NCBI GenBank assembly: GCA_965200875.1
Contig: OZ241456.1
Span: 1,767,460 to 1,831,459, forward strand
Direction: 5' to 3'
Origin: Bdellovibrionales bacterium
GTDB taxonomy: Bacteria; Bdellovibrionota; Bdellovibrionia; Bdellovibrionales; UBA1609
Length of the DNA: 64,000 nt
Position 1 is the first letter of the stretch; each line of letters begins with the position of its first letter. The notes below the pieces were generated by a model. The model saw only the letters and a list, made by a program, of their open reading frames with translations, was not told the origin of the DNA and ran no database searches. A program made the translations under genes and the position numbers. Of the stretch, positions 28,346 to 37,909 are shown piece after piece.

Positions 28346-28606
28346 TTATTCATATTCAATTTCCATATTCATATTACTGGCTGGGATTCTATTTGAAGAG
28401 GACAGAGGGCTTTCTTTACTGGCCGGGACTCTTCCTTTTGAGGCTATATGTTTAACATTGGTTTTTATCTGAAAAACAAGACTGAATAGGAAAATAATAA
28501 TTATCACAAATATTCCAAACATCCATTTTAAAAACTGTATTCCTGCAACACACTCGCCGACTTTTTCAAGTAAGTACTCTTGAATATTACTTCTTTCTTT
28601 ATTCAT
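28346..28606 (-). CDS. Small single-TM protein with two RxPAS motifs
   Basis: LKWMFGIFVIIIIFLFSLVF TM; RVPAS and RIPAS; 4-nt overlap with upstream ORF. Confidence 0.6.
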   Translation of the reverse strand: MNKERSNIQEYLLEKVGECVAGIQFLKWMFGIFVIIIIFLFSLVFQIKTNVKHIASKGRVPASKESPLSSSNRIPASNMNMEIEYE

Positions 28607-28848
28607 ATATCACTTTCTTTATTTTGGCCGGCTTTGTTATAAATTTTCTTATAAAGAGATTCTTCGTACTTATCCATAGCATCAACACTCTGAGGTTTTT
28701 TGAAAACAGGTTTTTCATTATCATCTAGAATATTAAAATCTCCGTCCTTTGCTTTTCTCTCTACAAGTACAGTAATTTGTATTTTTACAAGTGCTCTAAG
28801 CTCTTTCTCTATACTCATTAATGTGTTTCTTATTATTTGATCATTCAT
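28603..28848 (-). CDS. Small hypothetical protein
   Basis: AGGAG RBS; translationally coupled to next ORF. Confidence 0.6.
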   Translation of the reverse strand: MNDQIIRNTLMSIEKELRALVKIQITVLVERKAKDGDFNILDDNEKPVFKKPQSVDAMDKYEESLYKKIYNKAGQNKESDI

Positions 28849-28888
28849 TATCTATTATCTCCTTTTTATTGTTTATTTGTTACTCATT

Positions 28889-29005
28889 TCATGCTATTTT
28901 TCGTTGTTGTTTACATTTTTCTTCATGCTTATCATAAGCTTTCCAATAACTTGATATTTTCTTTAATACTTTCCTTTGGCGGTTCTTTATATTTATTTTG
29001 GTTTT
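28889..29005 (-). pseudogene. 5'-truncated ORF fragment abutting IS3 copy 2
   Basis: Open frame from the IS edge: KTKINIKNRQRKVLKKISSYWKAYDKHEEKCKQQRKIA*; no ATG start. Confidence 0.45.
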
Positions 29006-29050
29006 TGTTCTTGACCCCCAAAATTTGGCTACCTTCTAAAAGGAGGTAAA

Positions 29051-29437
29051 ATGGATAGATTTTCCAAAAAGGTTTCAAAAAATCAAAGATTTTTGATACT
29101 TTCAGAGCATTTTCAAGGTGGTCTCAGTATTTCCGAATTATCACGGAAGTATCAGATTCAAGCCGCAACTATTTATCAATGGAGGAGAGAGAAAATGCGC
29201 AGAGAGAAGAAAGCAACAGGATTAGACCAAGAGGAATTGCTTTTAGAGATAAATCGTTTAAAGGTGGAGAACTCTCGTTTAAAGCATACTGTAGCTGATC
29301 AAGCATTGGATATCACCACTCTTAAGCAATGGAATGAGTTTATGAAAAAAAAGTGGAGGGAAGAAAAACTGAATTTGCAAAAGAGTTTATCATCCACTGC
29401 TCAGCGATCTGCTGTAAAAAAAGATTTTGTGAGTTAA
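29051..29437 (+). CDS. IS3 OrfA
   Basis: One residue different from the 14865 copy. Confidence 0.9.
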   Translation: MDRFSKKVSKNQRFLILSEHFQGGLSISELSRKYQIQAATIYQWRREKMRREKKATGLDQEELLLEINRLKVENSRLKHTVADQALDITTLKQWNEFMKKKWREEKLNLQKSLSSTAQRSAVKKDFVS

Positions 29438-30237
29438 TAGGGATTCATCCAAAGTCTCTTTACAAAGTGAGTGAGAGGAGAAGTGTTAAGATGCAGATAA
29501 AGGATAAAGACAAGCAAGTTTTATCAGGGATAAGAGCTGTGATAAAGGATCGTCCCACTTATGGTTACAAGCGTGTAACGGCTCTTTACAACAAGGAGAG
29601 GGTTTTAAAGGGTTTAAGCAAGTATAATAAGAAGCGTATTTATCGTGTAATGAAAGAAAATGGCCTTTTGTTACCCAAAGCTGTCAGCAGAAGGGAAGGG
29701 CATAAGAGTACAGGAAAAGTGATGACATTGTATTCCAATACGAGGTGGTGTTCTGATTGTTTTGAAATTCATTGTTTTAATGGAGAGAAGGTGTATGTTT
29801 CTTTTGTGTTAGACACATGTGACAGGGAGATTTTAAGCTTTACGGCGTCGTTAAAGCCTCTTTTATCAGAAGACATACAGGGTTTGATGATTAGTGCTGT
29901 AGAAGGGCGATTTGATGCTTGTCGAACAAATAGAGAGATTGAATTTTTATCGGATCGAGGGAGTATTTACAGAGCGTATAATGTGCAGGTATTGGCCCGC
30001 CAGCTGGGTTTAAAGCCTTGTTTTACGAGAGCTTACAGTCCAGAGAGTAATGGTATGGCAGAAGCTTTTGTAAAGACAATAAAACGAGATTATGTGTATG
30101 TGAATGACTGTTTCTGTGCTGAAGACACTATGAAATTATTAAAAGAATGGATATATGATTATAACCATAAAGCTCCCCATTCAGCACTTGGCATGAAGTC
30201 ACCTGTGGAGTATATTAAATCAACACAAATGAGGTAG
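29353..30237 (+). CDS. IS3 OrfB DDE transposase
   Basis: Near-identical to the 15167 copy. Confidence 0.92.
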   Translation: MEGRKTEFAKEFIIHCSAICCKKRFCELIGIHPKSLYKVSERRSVKMQIKDKDKQVLSGIRAVIKDRPTYGYKRVTALYNKERVLKGLSKYNKKRIYRVMKENGLLLPKAVSRREGHKSTGKVMTLYSNTRWCSDCFEIHCFNGEKVYVSFVLDTCDREILSFTASLKPLLSEDIQGLMISAVEGRFDACRTNREIEFLSDRGSIYRAYNVQVLARQLGLKPCFTRAYSPESNGMAEAFVKTIKRDYVYVNDCFCAEDTMKLLKEWIYDYNHKAPHSALGMKSPVEYIKSTQMR

Positions 30238-30273
30238 CCAAAAATAGGGGCCACTCCACAAATCTAAAACTAC

Positions 30274-30852
30274 TTATCTTAGACCTTCTAATGTTAAATA
30301 CATTCTAAAGTAACCATTTACTTTCGCACCTTGAAAATTCGTATTATAAATCAGCATCCTTCCTCCAAACCTCACACCTCTCAAATCCACCCCTGCCACA
30401 TTCACATTTCCAAAAGTCGCATTAAACAAATCCGCCCCTGCCACATTCGCATTGCTCAAATTCGCATAGTAAAAATTCGCACTGCTCAAATCCGCCTCGT
30501 ACAAATTCGCAAAACTTAAATTCGTAAAACTTAAATTCGTAAACCTCATATTAGCGTGGCTACAATTCGCCCCTTCCATATTCGCATTGCTCAAATTCGT
30601 AAACCTCATATCTGCATGTCTACAATCAGCCCCAGTCAGATCCGCTTCTTGTAAATTCGCCCCACTCAAATCCGCGCCTCGCAAATTCGCATTGCTCAAA
30701 TCCGCCCCACTCAAATCCGCCCCACTCAAATCACACTGATGCTCTCCAGGTTTAGTTATATAGTTTTTATAATCATAAATATTACATGGAATAGTCAGAC
30801 TATAGCTAAAAGTACCAAAGCTTAAAAATAGTAAAGTAATTATTAATTTCAT
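30274..30852 (-). CDS. Secreted pentapeptide-repeat protein
   Basis: Signal-like N-terminus; about 24 A(D/N)Lxx repeats; AGGAGG RBS. Confidence 0.9.
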   Translation of the reverse strand: MKLIITLLFLSFGTFSYSLTIPCNIYDYKNYITKPGEHQCDLSGADLSGADLSNANLRGADLSGANLQEADLTGADCRHADMRFTNLSNANMEGANCSHANMRFTNLSFTNLSFANLYEADLSSANFYYANLSNANVAGADLFNATFGNVNVAGVDLRGVRFGGRMLIYNTNFQGAKVNGYFRMYLTLEGLR

Positions 30853-31021
30853 TATTTACCTCCTTATGTTTAGTTTCTTTGCATAATATAGGGTTTTATA
30901 AAAAACACCTAATAAAAAAATAGCACTGTGAAAACTTTACACGCCTATAAAAAATATAAAGGGAATCATAAAGAAGAGGGGGGCAATATACACCTCTCGC
31001 TAGATAAAACTGTACCCGATT

Positions 31022-31045
31022 TCTCTTAAGAAAACAGATCAAAGT
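31022..31045 (+). repeat. att-like 24-bp direct repeat, right copy (last codons and stop of the adjacent gene)
   Basis: Identical to 27689-27712; reads ...FDLFS* on the minus strand. Confidence 0.9.
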
Positions 31046-31580
31046 GCGGAGATGATTCCTTATTAAAATCCGCCGTGGGAGCTTTTGTTTTTAAAGATCC
31101 TTTACGACTCAAAAGACCCATTTCAGCGCGAATACTCCTCATCTGCTCCAGTAATTGATACACTTGATATTCATTCTTGGATAAAGCGTTTTTTACAGCA
31201 TCTATTTGTTGGTTATAACTTTGAATAAACTGGCTGTGACGACTCATTAAACTCATAATTCTTTTTTGATCTTCTTTTCTTTGCTCTGGCTGAACCCAAT
31301 TTAAAAGCTTTTCTTCCCAAGTTTTAAACATATCTTTCACTGTTAAATCCATTTCTCTTTGAGCTTTAGACACCGCATCTATCTTTTCCCGTGCCCGATT
31401 AAGCCACTGCGTTACTTTGGAATACAGGAGGTTCATTTTTTCCTGATTGGATTCCGTCTGCACCTGAATATGATCCAAACGAGATACCAACTCTTTCCAA
31501 TCTTTCATAGACACAAATTGATCTTCAGGAAAAAGAGCTTTTTGATCCTGGAAAAGCTTATTTATTATATTTCTAGCCAT
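31026..31580 (-). CDS. Hypothetical coiled-coil protein (integration target)
   Basis: Helical/coiled-coil composition; likely start MARNIINKLF at 31580. Confidence 0.7.
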   Translation of the reverse strand: MARNIINKLFQDQKALFPEDQFVSMKDWKELVSRLDHIQVQTESNQEKMNLLYSKVTQWLNRAREKIDAVSKAQREMDLTVKDMFKTWEEKLLNWVQPEQRKEDQKRIMSLMSRHSQFIQSYNQQIDAVKNALSKNEYQVYQLLEQMRSIRAEMGLLSRKGSLKTKAPTADFNKESSPHFDLFS

Positions 31581-31688
31581 TTTTAACGACAAAAACTCCC
31601 ATATTTTTTTGACTATACGCTTAAGGTACACATAAAAAACACTTTCTGTTGCACCCTGAAACACTTTATGTAATTTTTACACTTACTT

Positions 31689-32648
31689 ATGACTGCTGTC
31701 ACTTATTTTAAACAATATCTTTCAAAAAAACTCCCTGAAAATACTAGGGAACATTTCACTATTTATAATTATCTGCGTTATTTTTGCCACGATGGGCAAA
31801 TTTTAACTGCCGATCTATTCACCCGATTTTACAGAAAAGCCCTGTTGTTCCCCTATTGGCAACAAAATCTCCCGGCTCTGGAAAAAACCTTACAGAAAGA
31901 ATTAAAAGCTTTCCAGAAATTTTATTACTCCACAGAATATGAACCTGAGGAGCTGGCACTTTCTGAAAAGTGGCAAATAGTGGCCTTACAAAAAGAAAAA
32001 GATATTATAGATATGGTTTCCTCTTATCTGCAAAATCACTCTTCAAAAGGAGATCGGATACAGGTTTTTCCTTTAGAAAGAGAAAGAGTCTTGGCTTTGA
32101 TCCTCAAACGGGATGGACACCTTAATGTTTTCAGCTTCAGTTCTTTAGCTGTTATCAGTAAGGGAAAACTGGAACCCCTTTCCCCTCTTTCTGAGCTGTA
32201 TTATTCCCGGCAATATGAATTAAAATCAGCTTACTCACATATCCTAGAAGATGGACATTTGAACTTTATTCATTTTAAAATCAAAGAGCAAAAAGTTACA
32301 GCTTATCAATGTCAAAATTCTTGCTTTCAAAAGTCTTATCAATTCAAACAAAAAAACCTAACTGAGATAAACAAAATCTTTCACCTATTAAAAAAAATAG
32401 AAAGCTTTTTTATTCAATCCAAATCGGACCCGCATTATAAGAACCTCATTGAATCCTTGCATAACCATTATCGAAAACTTTTGCTATCCCCTGTGGATAA
32501 TTCCCTAGAAACCGCACAAATATTATCTGAAGCCAAAAATGCTCTCCAAAACCTGTATCCCCATGATCACTTGCTGTTCCTGCTGACTGCCAATATCGAC
32601 TTTCATTTCAGAAATAAACAGGCAAAACCAGATGAAAAACAAAGCTGA
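31689..32648 (+). CDS. Hypothetical protein
   Basis: 319-aa ORF; no motif recognised. Confidence 0.65.
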   Translation: MTAVTYFKQYLSKKLPENTREHFTIYNYLRYFCHDGQILTADLFTRFYRKALLFPYWQQNLPALEKTLQKELKAFQKFYYSTEYEPEELALSEKWQIVALQKEKDIIDMVSSYLQNHSSKGDRIQVFPLERERVLALILKRDGHLNVFSFSSLAVISKGKLEPLSPLSELYYSRQYELKSAYSHILEDGHLNFIHFKIKEQKVTAYQCQNSCFQKSYQFKQKNLTEINKIFHLLKKIESFFIQSKSDPHYKNLIESLHNHYRKLLLSPVDNSLETAQILSEAKNALQNLYPHDHLLFLLTANIDFHFRNKQAKPDEKQS

Positions 32649-32741
32649 AGACCGGACTGTTTCTTACAGGGCCAAAATATTTTAAGACCATGATTTATAA
32701 TAAAAGCTCTCTTCAAAAAAACAGAAAGTATAAAAAACCAG

Positions 32742-33545
32742 ATGAAAAACAAAACAATACGGCTGAATCATTTTTTATCTTCCAGCGGAGTATGTTCGCG
32801 CCGAAAAGCAGATGAAATAATCAAGAACAACACCGTAACCGTAAATCACAAATCTGTTCGCGATCCAAGCTTAAAAATCCATCCAAAAACTGATCAAGTA
32901 AGACTAAAAGGAAAACCCGTAACATTTCCTAAAACAAAACACTACATTGCCTTTAACAAACCAAAAAAAGTTTTAACCACCATGAGTGATCCCAAAAATC
33001 GACTCTGTATAGCTGATTTTTTCAAAAAAACAAAAGAAAGAATTTTCCCGATTGGAAGGCTTGACTGGCATTCAGAGGGATTGATTTTACTCACTAACGA
33101 TGGGGATTTTTCCATGAAACTGAATAAAAAAATACCAAAAACCTATCTGGTAAAATTAAATGGTCATCCAAAGATGAGTCAACTCGCCAAACTCAAAAAA
33201 GGAGTTTTTACAGAGAAAGGAAAACTTAAAGCTTTGTACGCAGAACCTGCCCGAAAAAAAACCAAAAACTGGATCAAAGTGATTCTTATGGAAGGTCGAA
33301 ACAGACAACTGCATCGTATGTTCGAAAAAATCGGATTTCAAATAAAAATTTTAAGACGCACAGGTATAGGAAAATTAAAACTGAAATCCCTCAAACCTGG
33401 AGAGTATTACTCTCTTTCCTCGACAGATATAAAAAAAGCCCTTTCCTTTCCTCCTGAAGTAAAAAAAGCAGGAGAGGCCCATAAGCTTCTAGGTAAACCA
33501 TCTTCAAATTCAAAAAATCCAAAATCCAGGAAGAACAAACTTTAA
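32742..33545 (+). CDS. rRNA pseudouridine synthase (RsuA/RluB family, S4 domain)
   Basis: RLNHFLSSSGVCSRRKAD S4; NKPK; FPIGRLDWHSEGLILLTNDG; EGRNRQ. Confidence 0.93.
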   Translation: MKNKTIRLNHFLSSSGVCSRRKADEIIKNNTVTVNHKSVRDPSLKIHPKTDQVRLKGKPVTFPKTKHYIAFNKPKKVLTTMSDPKNRLCIADFFKKTKERIFPIGRLDWHSEGLILLTNDGDFSMKLNKKIPKTYLVKLNGHPKMSQLAKLKKGVFTEKGKLKALYAEPARKKTKNWIKVILMEGRNRQLHRMFEKIGFQIKILRRTGIGKLKLKSLKPGEYYSLSSTDIKKALSFPPEVKKAGEAHKLLGKPSSNSKNPKSRKNKL

Positions 33546-34030
33546 TTTTTCGGGCGATGATGTTTGATCGCTCTTTCCGCCATGCGATCCATTTCCTTTC
33601 TTTTTAAAGCCTCCCTTTTATCCCCTCGTTTTTTCCCTTTCACCAGTGCTATTTCCATCTTTGCTTTTCCATTTTTAAAATAAACTTTTAAAGGGACACA
33701 AGATAAACCTTTTTGGTGTAGCTGACCAATCAGCCTTTTTATTTCATAACTGTTCAACAGCAGTTTTCTTTTTCTTTCCGGTTCATGGTTACGTTCTGCG
33801 GCAGGCCGGTAAGGGCTGATATAGGCATTTTGGATATAAGGCTCTGATTTTCTGAACACAAGATAAGAGTCCTTTAACTGGCAATTTCCGTTTCTTAAAG
33901 ATTTTACTTCAGAACCCGTTAGCACCAAACCCGCTTCGAAAGTCTCCAAAACAGAATAATCAAAACTGGCTTTGCGATTAATTGCCACTATGGAACCAGA
34001 CTTCTTGTTTTGCGAAACTTTTTTTTTCAT
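33542..34030 (-). CDS. smpB: SsrA-binding protein
   Basis: NRKASFDY, EAGLVLTGSEVKSLR, RKRKLLL, GKKRGDKRE; start refined to 34030. Confidence 0.97.
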   Translation of the reverse strand: MKKKVSQNKKSGSIVAINRKASFDYSVLETFEAGLVLTGSEVKSLRNGNCQLKDSYLVFRKSEPYIQNAYISPYRPAAERNHEPERKRKLLLNSYEIKRLIGQLHQKGLSCVPLKVYFKNGKAKMEIALVKGKKRGDKREALKRKEMDRMAERAIKHHRPKN

Positions 34031-34145
34031 TTTACATCTTCCCTTGAGAAAAAAATCAATACCACACAAATTCAGTATAGCATATTTTTTCAAAAAACAG
34101 CAGTAATAAACTTGGGCCTTCATCAGACTTGAGTGATAATCTTTT

Positions 34146-35006
34146 TTACAAGTAATTCTTTTTCGAAAGCATACCAAACAAAAGCATAAATTGTGCAGGA
34201 GACAATTCTTCAGCACGCACAAAAGGGGATAAGCCTATTTCATCAAATATATTTTCCAGTCTATTTTTTCTTTTTTTTATATCCCTTATACTAACATAAT
34301 CAAAATCCCACTTACTTAACCGACTTAATAAAAATTTTCTTCTTTGAGCAAAACAAAATTTAACAAACAAAAAAAATGTAGGGATCTTTTTTGGAAAATG
34401 TTTTTTTTTACGAAACACCAAAACACGGCCTGCCACTTTAGGGCGAGGATAAAAATCAGACAAAGAAGCTCTTAAAAGCTCCTCCACTTCCCAAAAAGAC
34501 TGAGAAAGCACAGTTAAAATGCCATAACTTTTTGAACCGGGAACAGATACAATTCTTTGAGCCACCTCTTTTTGAAACATAAGAACCATCGCCTTAAGCA
34601 AATGAGAGCCAGGACAACATTTTAACAAAAGACGACTGGCCACTTGGTAGGGAAGATTACCCACCAAAACAGAATCGGAAAGAAGCTGAGACTCCCAAGG
34701 TAATTTCAAAATATCCCCTTCCAAAACAGAAACCTGTTTTTTTCTCCAATACCTGCAAAGAAGAGTGTCCCTCTCCACAACACAAACTGGCCGGTTAAGC
34801 TGAATTAATTCATCTGTTAAAGCTCCCAACCCCGGCCCCACTTCCACAATTAAGGAAGGACTTAATGTTTTCACCGTGGATACAATTTTCTGAATGATTA
34901 AATGATTAATTAAAAAATTTTGGCCCAAAAATTTTTTAGGAGAAAAACCCATTTCCCGCATTTGAGCTTTAATATTTTTTTCCAGTGAAAATTGTTTTTT
35001 GTTCAT
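34146..35006 (-). CDS. rsmA: 16S rRNA m6,2A dimethyltransferase
   Basis: KKFLGQNFL, EVGPGLGALT, VGNLPY, MFQKEVAQR, RAEELS. Confidence 0.95.
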   Translation of the reverse strand: MNKKQFSLEKNIKAQMREMGFSPKKFLGQNFLINHLIIQKIVSTVKTLSPSLIVEVGPGLGALTDELIQLNRPVCVVERDTLLCRYWRKKQVSVLEGDILKLPWESQLLSDSVLVGNLPYQVASRLLLKCCPGSHLLKAMVLMFQKEVAQRIVSVPGSKSYGILTVLSQSFWEVEELLRASLSDFYPRPKVAGRVLVFRKKKHFPKKIPTFFLFVKFCFAQRRKFLLSRLSKWDFDYVSIRDIKKRKNRLENIFDEIGLSPFVRAEELSPAQFMLLFGMLSKKNYL

Positions 35007-35030
35007 TCCTTAGTGTTTCTCCTGATAAAA

Positions 35031-36077
35031 TCAACAAAAATCTTCAGGAAGGGAATAAGGGTAACAATTAAGATCCTTGGGAGAGCTTATTCCTCTTTGA
35101 AAAAGTTTTATACCTGCAAGACCAATCATGGCCGCATTATCCGTGCAATACTTTAAATCCGGCAGGATTAAATTTATGTTATTCCTTTCTGCCCAGTCTT
35201 TGGCTTTCCTTCGCAACCTAGAATTGGCACTAACCCCACCCGCAATTATTACAGAATTAAAATGTCCCTTTTTTGCAAAATGATCCAAACGATTGATTAT
35301 CTGATCTGCCACAGCTTCCTGAAAATCCGCGCACAAATAAGGAATAAATTCTGAAGAAAGTTTCATTTTTTGAATTAATTTAAAAGCAGAGGTTTTTAAT
35401 CCTGAAAAACTGAAATTGAAGTTATCCGCCTTTAATTTGATTTTGGGGAAAGAATAACATCCAGGCTGAACCGACTGAGAGATTTTATCCATTTCCGCCC
35501 CTCCCGGATATTCTAGTCCTAATAATCTGGCCACTTTATCAAACACTTCACCAGCTGAGTCATCCAATGTGCGCGCGATTAAAAAATACTGACCAAAACC
35601 TCTTACTTCAAAAAGGCATGTGTGTCCACCACTTACAATCAAAGCCAAAAAAGGAAACTTCAAAGTTATCTTTTTTCTCATCTGCTCCCAAAGAAAAACA
35701 GAAAGAATATGCCCCTCAATATGATTTACAGCCACATAAGGTTTTTTAAACAACAAGGACAAACTCTTTACCGTAACCAAGCCCACAATAAGAGAGCCTA
35801 CAAGTCCTGGCCGATTAGTTACAGCTAAAAAATCCAGATCTGAAAAAGTGCATTTTGATTCCCGAAGAACCTCCTCTATTAAAGGCAGTAAATAATCTGC
35901 GTGGTTTCTGCTGGCAAGCTCCGGCACCACTCCTCCATAAGGCTGATGAACAGAGTGTTGACTGGCCACTTTATTGCACACAACAAATCCATCTTCCCTG
36001 ACAATGGCGACAGAAGTATCGTCACAGCTAGTTTCCACAGCCAATACTTTTTTCTGTCTTGCAGATTTTTTTTTCAT
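35031..36077 (-). CDS. tsaD: tRNA t6A threonylcarbamoyltransferase
   Basis: ETSCDDT, GGVVPELASRNH, NHIEGH, SGGHT, AGGVSAN, CTDNAAMI. Confidence 0.97.
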   Translation of the reverse strand: MKKKSARQKKVLAVETSCDDTSVAIVREDGFVVCNKVASQHSVHQPYGGVVPELASRNHADYLLPLIEEVLRESKCTFSDLDFLAVTNRPGLVGSLIVGLVTVKSLSLLFKKPYVAVNHIEGHILSVFLWEQMRKKITLKFPFLALIVSGGHTCLFEVRGFGQYFLIARTLDDSAGEVFDKVARLLGLEYPGGAEMDKISQSVQPGCYSFPKIKLKADNFNFSFSGLKTSAFKLIQKMKLSSEFIPYLCADFQEAVADQIINRLDHFAKKGHFNSVIIAGGVSANSRLRRKAKDWAERNNINLILPDLKYCTDNAAMIGLAGIKLFQRGISSPKDLNCYPYSLPEDFC

Positions 36078-36149
36078 TTCCTGTTTTTTCTTTCCGGGCG
36101 GAGAAGGAGTTTGATTGTTATAACTTTTTTAAAAAGAAACTTATAAGTT

Positions 36150-36782
36150 TTATTGAGTCGGTAATAATAGCTTTTTCGAGGACTTCGCCATATCACTTCC
36201 TGGAAAAGACTCCATTACTTCTCTAAAAAATACTTTGGCCTCTTTTTGCATACCAAGCTTTTGAAAACATCTGCCAATTTGAAAAGTGGCTTTTTCGTAA
36301 AACTGCCCTTTTTTATTTTGCTCACGATATCTTTCGTAACTGATAATAGCTGATTTCCATTTTTCCTCTTTAAAAAATTGTTCCGCTTTTTCAAACAACT
36401 TTTCCGGATCACTCGTTTGATCTTTTTTGTTGTTACCACGCACTTCATTGATGAGAGAGGCCAGTCGCAAATCTAATGTCTGAATTAAAGCCAACAAACC
36501 CTGTTCCAGCTGATCCATACGATCTTTTTGCTCTTTATCCGAAGTCTCAATTTGCCCTCTTAATTCCCGCATATCTGTTTCCACTTGCGAAATCTTTTGC
36601 ATCACATCCACACCATAGATGTAAACACCTCTTCTTTTTTTTTCTTCAGCAAGCTCTGTTGATTCCTCCTGATCAAAATCCTGATCTTCCTTTGCGTCCA
36701 CCTGCTCTTCTTGAACTTCCTTATGAGTCAAAAGACAGCCTGACAAAAGAAACATAAATATAAACAACAACCCTTTTTTCAC
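36150..36782 (-). CDS. cpoB: Tol-Pal associated TPR lipoprotein (CpoB/YbgF-like)
   Basis: Lipobox LSGC; coiled coil ELRGQIE; C-terminal TPR ...FPGS; downstream of pal. Confidence 0.8.
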   Translation of the reverse strand: MKKGLLFIFMFLLSGCLLTHKEVQEEQVDAKEDQDFDQEESTELAEEKKRRGVYIYGVDVMQKISQVETDMRELRGQIETSDKEQKDRMDQLEQGLLALIQTLDLRLASLINEVRGNNKKDQTSDPEKLFEKAEQFFKEEKWKSAIISYERYREQNKKGQFYEKATFQIGRCFQKLGMQKEAKVFFREVMESFPGSDMAKSSKKLLLPTQ

Positions 36783-37075
36783 ATTCCATCCCCTGTACTC
36801 ATTTTAAAGCGACTGAAATTCTCTGCTTTTTCCGCCCATTTAATGGACTCATTAAAAAACTGCCTTGAAGAGATATAATCCCTGTCCCGAAATCTCTTTT
36901 CCGCTTTATAATAATAATGTAAAGCTTTTTTCCAATAAACATCAGCGTTTGTATTGGAATTAACTTTACGGGCAGACTTAAGTGCTTTTTTAGCGATAGT
37001 GTATTCCAAAAATGGAGGTTTACCCGCACAGGATATCAAACAAGTAAAAGCAATAACCAAACCAGAAAATTTCAT
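36779..37075 (-). CDS. Small lipoprotein (DUF4398-like)
   Basis: Lipobox LISC; helical; inside the pal operon. Confidence 0.65.
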   Translation of the reverse strand: MKFSGLVIAFTCLISCAGKPPFLEYTIAKKALKSARKVNSNTNADVYWKKALHYYYKAEKRFRDRDYISSRQFFNESIKWAEKAENFSRFKMSTGDGM

Positions 37076-37557
37076 CAGTACATCGGAACAAAGTTAACTC
37101 TCCGATTTTTAGAATGATCTGTCTCCGAAAAAGGACGCTCTTCCCCATAACTGATAACAGATAGACGACTGGCTGATATACCTTCTTCCATTAGAAAATT
37201 TTTTACAGCTTCCGCCCGGCGACGACCCAAACCAATATTATAAGCCTCTGAACCCAAAGAGTCACAATGACCTTGCAATTCCACACTGGTAACTGTGGCA
37301 TTATTTTGAAGCCAATTTATATTTTGCCTTAAAGTGTCTTTAGCCTCCTCTGACAAAATAGAAGAATCATACTCAAAATACACTGTGCTTAAACCATCTG
37401 TATCACTATCACTTCCCTTACTGTCTGCATCTATGTCTTGGGAAGAAATATCACTCGCTTCTTTTCCCACAAGATTATTTTTATCTTTTTCCACAGTCGC
37501 ACAGGAAAGCAGAATAAAGTAAAAAAAACAAACAGCCACAATAAATACATTTCTCAT
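37075..37557 (-). CDS. pal: Peptidoglycan-associated lipoprotein (OmpA-like)
   Basis: Lipobox LLSC; VYFEYDSS, GHCD..GS..YNIGLG.RRA, SYGEERP, NRRV. Confidence 0.92.
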   Translation of the reverse strand: MRNVFIVAVCFFYFILLSCATVEKDKNNLVGKEASDISSQDIDADSKGSDSDTDGLSTVYFEYDSSILSEEAKDTLRQNINWLQNNATVTSVELQGHCDSLGSEAYNIGLGRRRAEAVKNFLMEEGISASRLSVISYGEERPFSETDHSKNRRVNFVPMY

Positions 37558-37909
37558 TTTCCATACCCCCTTTAATTATTTATTAATTCTTAAACAGTAT
37601 AACCCCAAATAAGTGTGACGAAAAGCTGGAAAAAATTAAATATTTCAAAAAAAAGCTTTTATGGCATTTTCTGGGCTAAATACTGCATAACATATAAATA
37701 AATCTTAAAAATCACTATTTTTAAAGAATTGAAAAGACTGAAATTTTAAGGGATTTTAAAACACTCCTGTATAACCCAGAAAATCGACAAAACCGGTAAA
37801 AAAAGCCGTTTTTGAAAAGGTTTGACCTGATTGTTGCTTGACTTTATTCCTGTTTCAAAGGATGATTCTGAAAAAATTACACTCTCCATGTTAGGACTTT
37901 TCATTCTAC

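Larger units (their letters stand above)
29006..30258 (+). mobile_element. IS3-family (IS2 group) insertion sequence, copy 2
   Basis: Near-identical to copy 1 (about 10 substitutions and a 3-nt indel seen); same IRs; flanks TTTT / CAAA give no target duplication. Confidence 0.95.
27689..31045. mobile_element. Remnant of an integrated element (prophage/island) bounded by att-like repeats
   Basis: 24-bp direct repeats duplicating the 3' end of the gene at 31026; packed small ORFs; IS copy without TSD; no integrase left. Confidence 0.7.

Noticed and set aside
28837..29049. Plus-strand 70-aa hydrophobic ORF (also 27773..28054 and 26285..26527)
   Set aside because: Antisense shadows of A-rich minus-strand genes; one runs across the IS end
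14820..30258. Composite transposon formed by the two IS3 copies carrying the RM cluster
   Set aside because: Copy 1 has its own TATC duplication inside a gene that continues on its right, so it inserted alone; the outer flanks (TATC / CAAA) do not match
30330..30735. CRISPR-like periodic repeats
   Set aside because: The 15-bp periodicity is the coding pattern of the pentapeptide-repeat protein; no spacers or cas genes
34031..34222. Long N-terminal extension of SmpB, or a nearby tmRNA
   Set aside because: Extension overlaps rsmA and is Cys-rich noise; no tmRNA/tRNA-like ends seen
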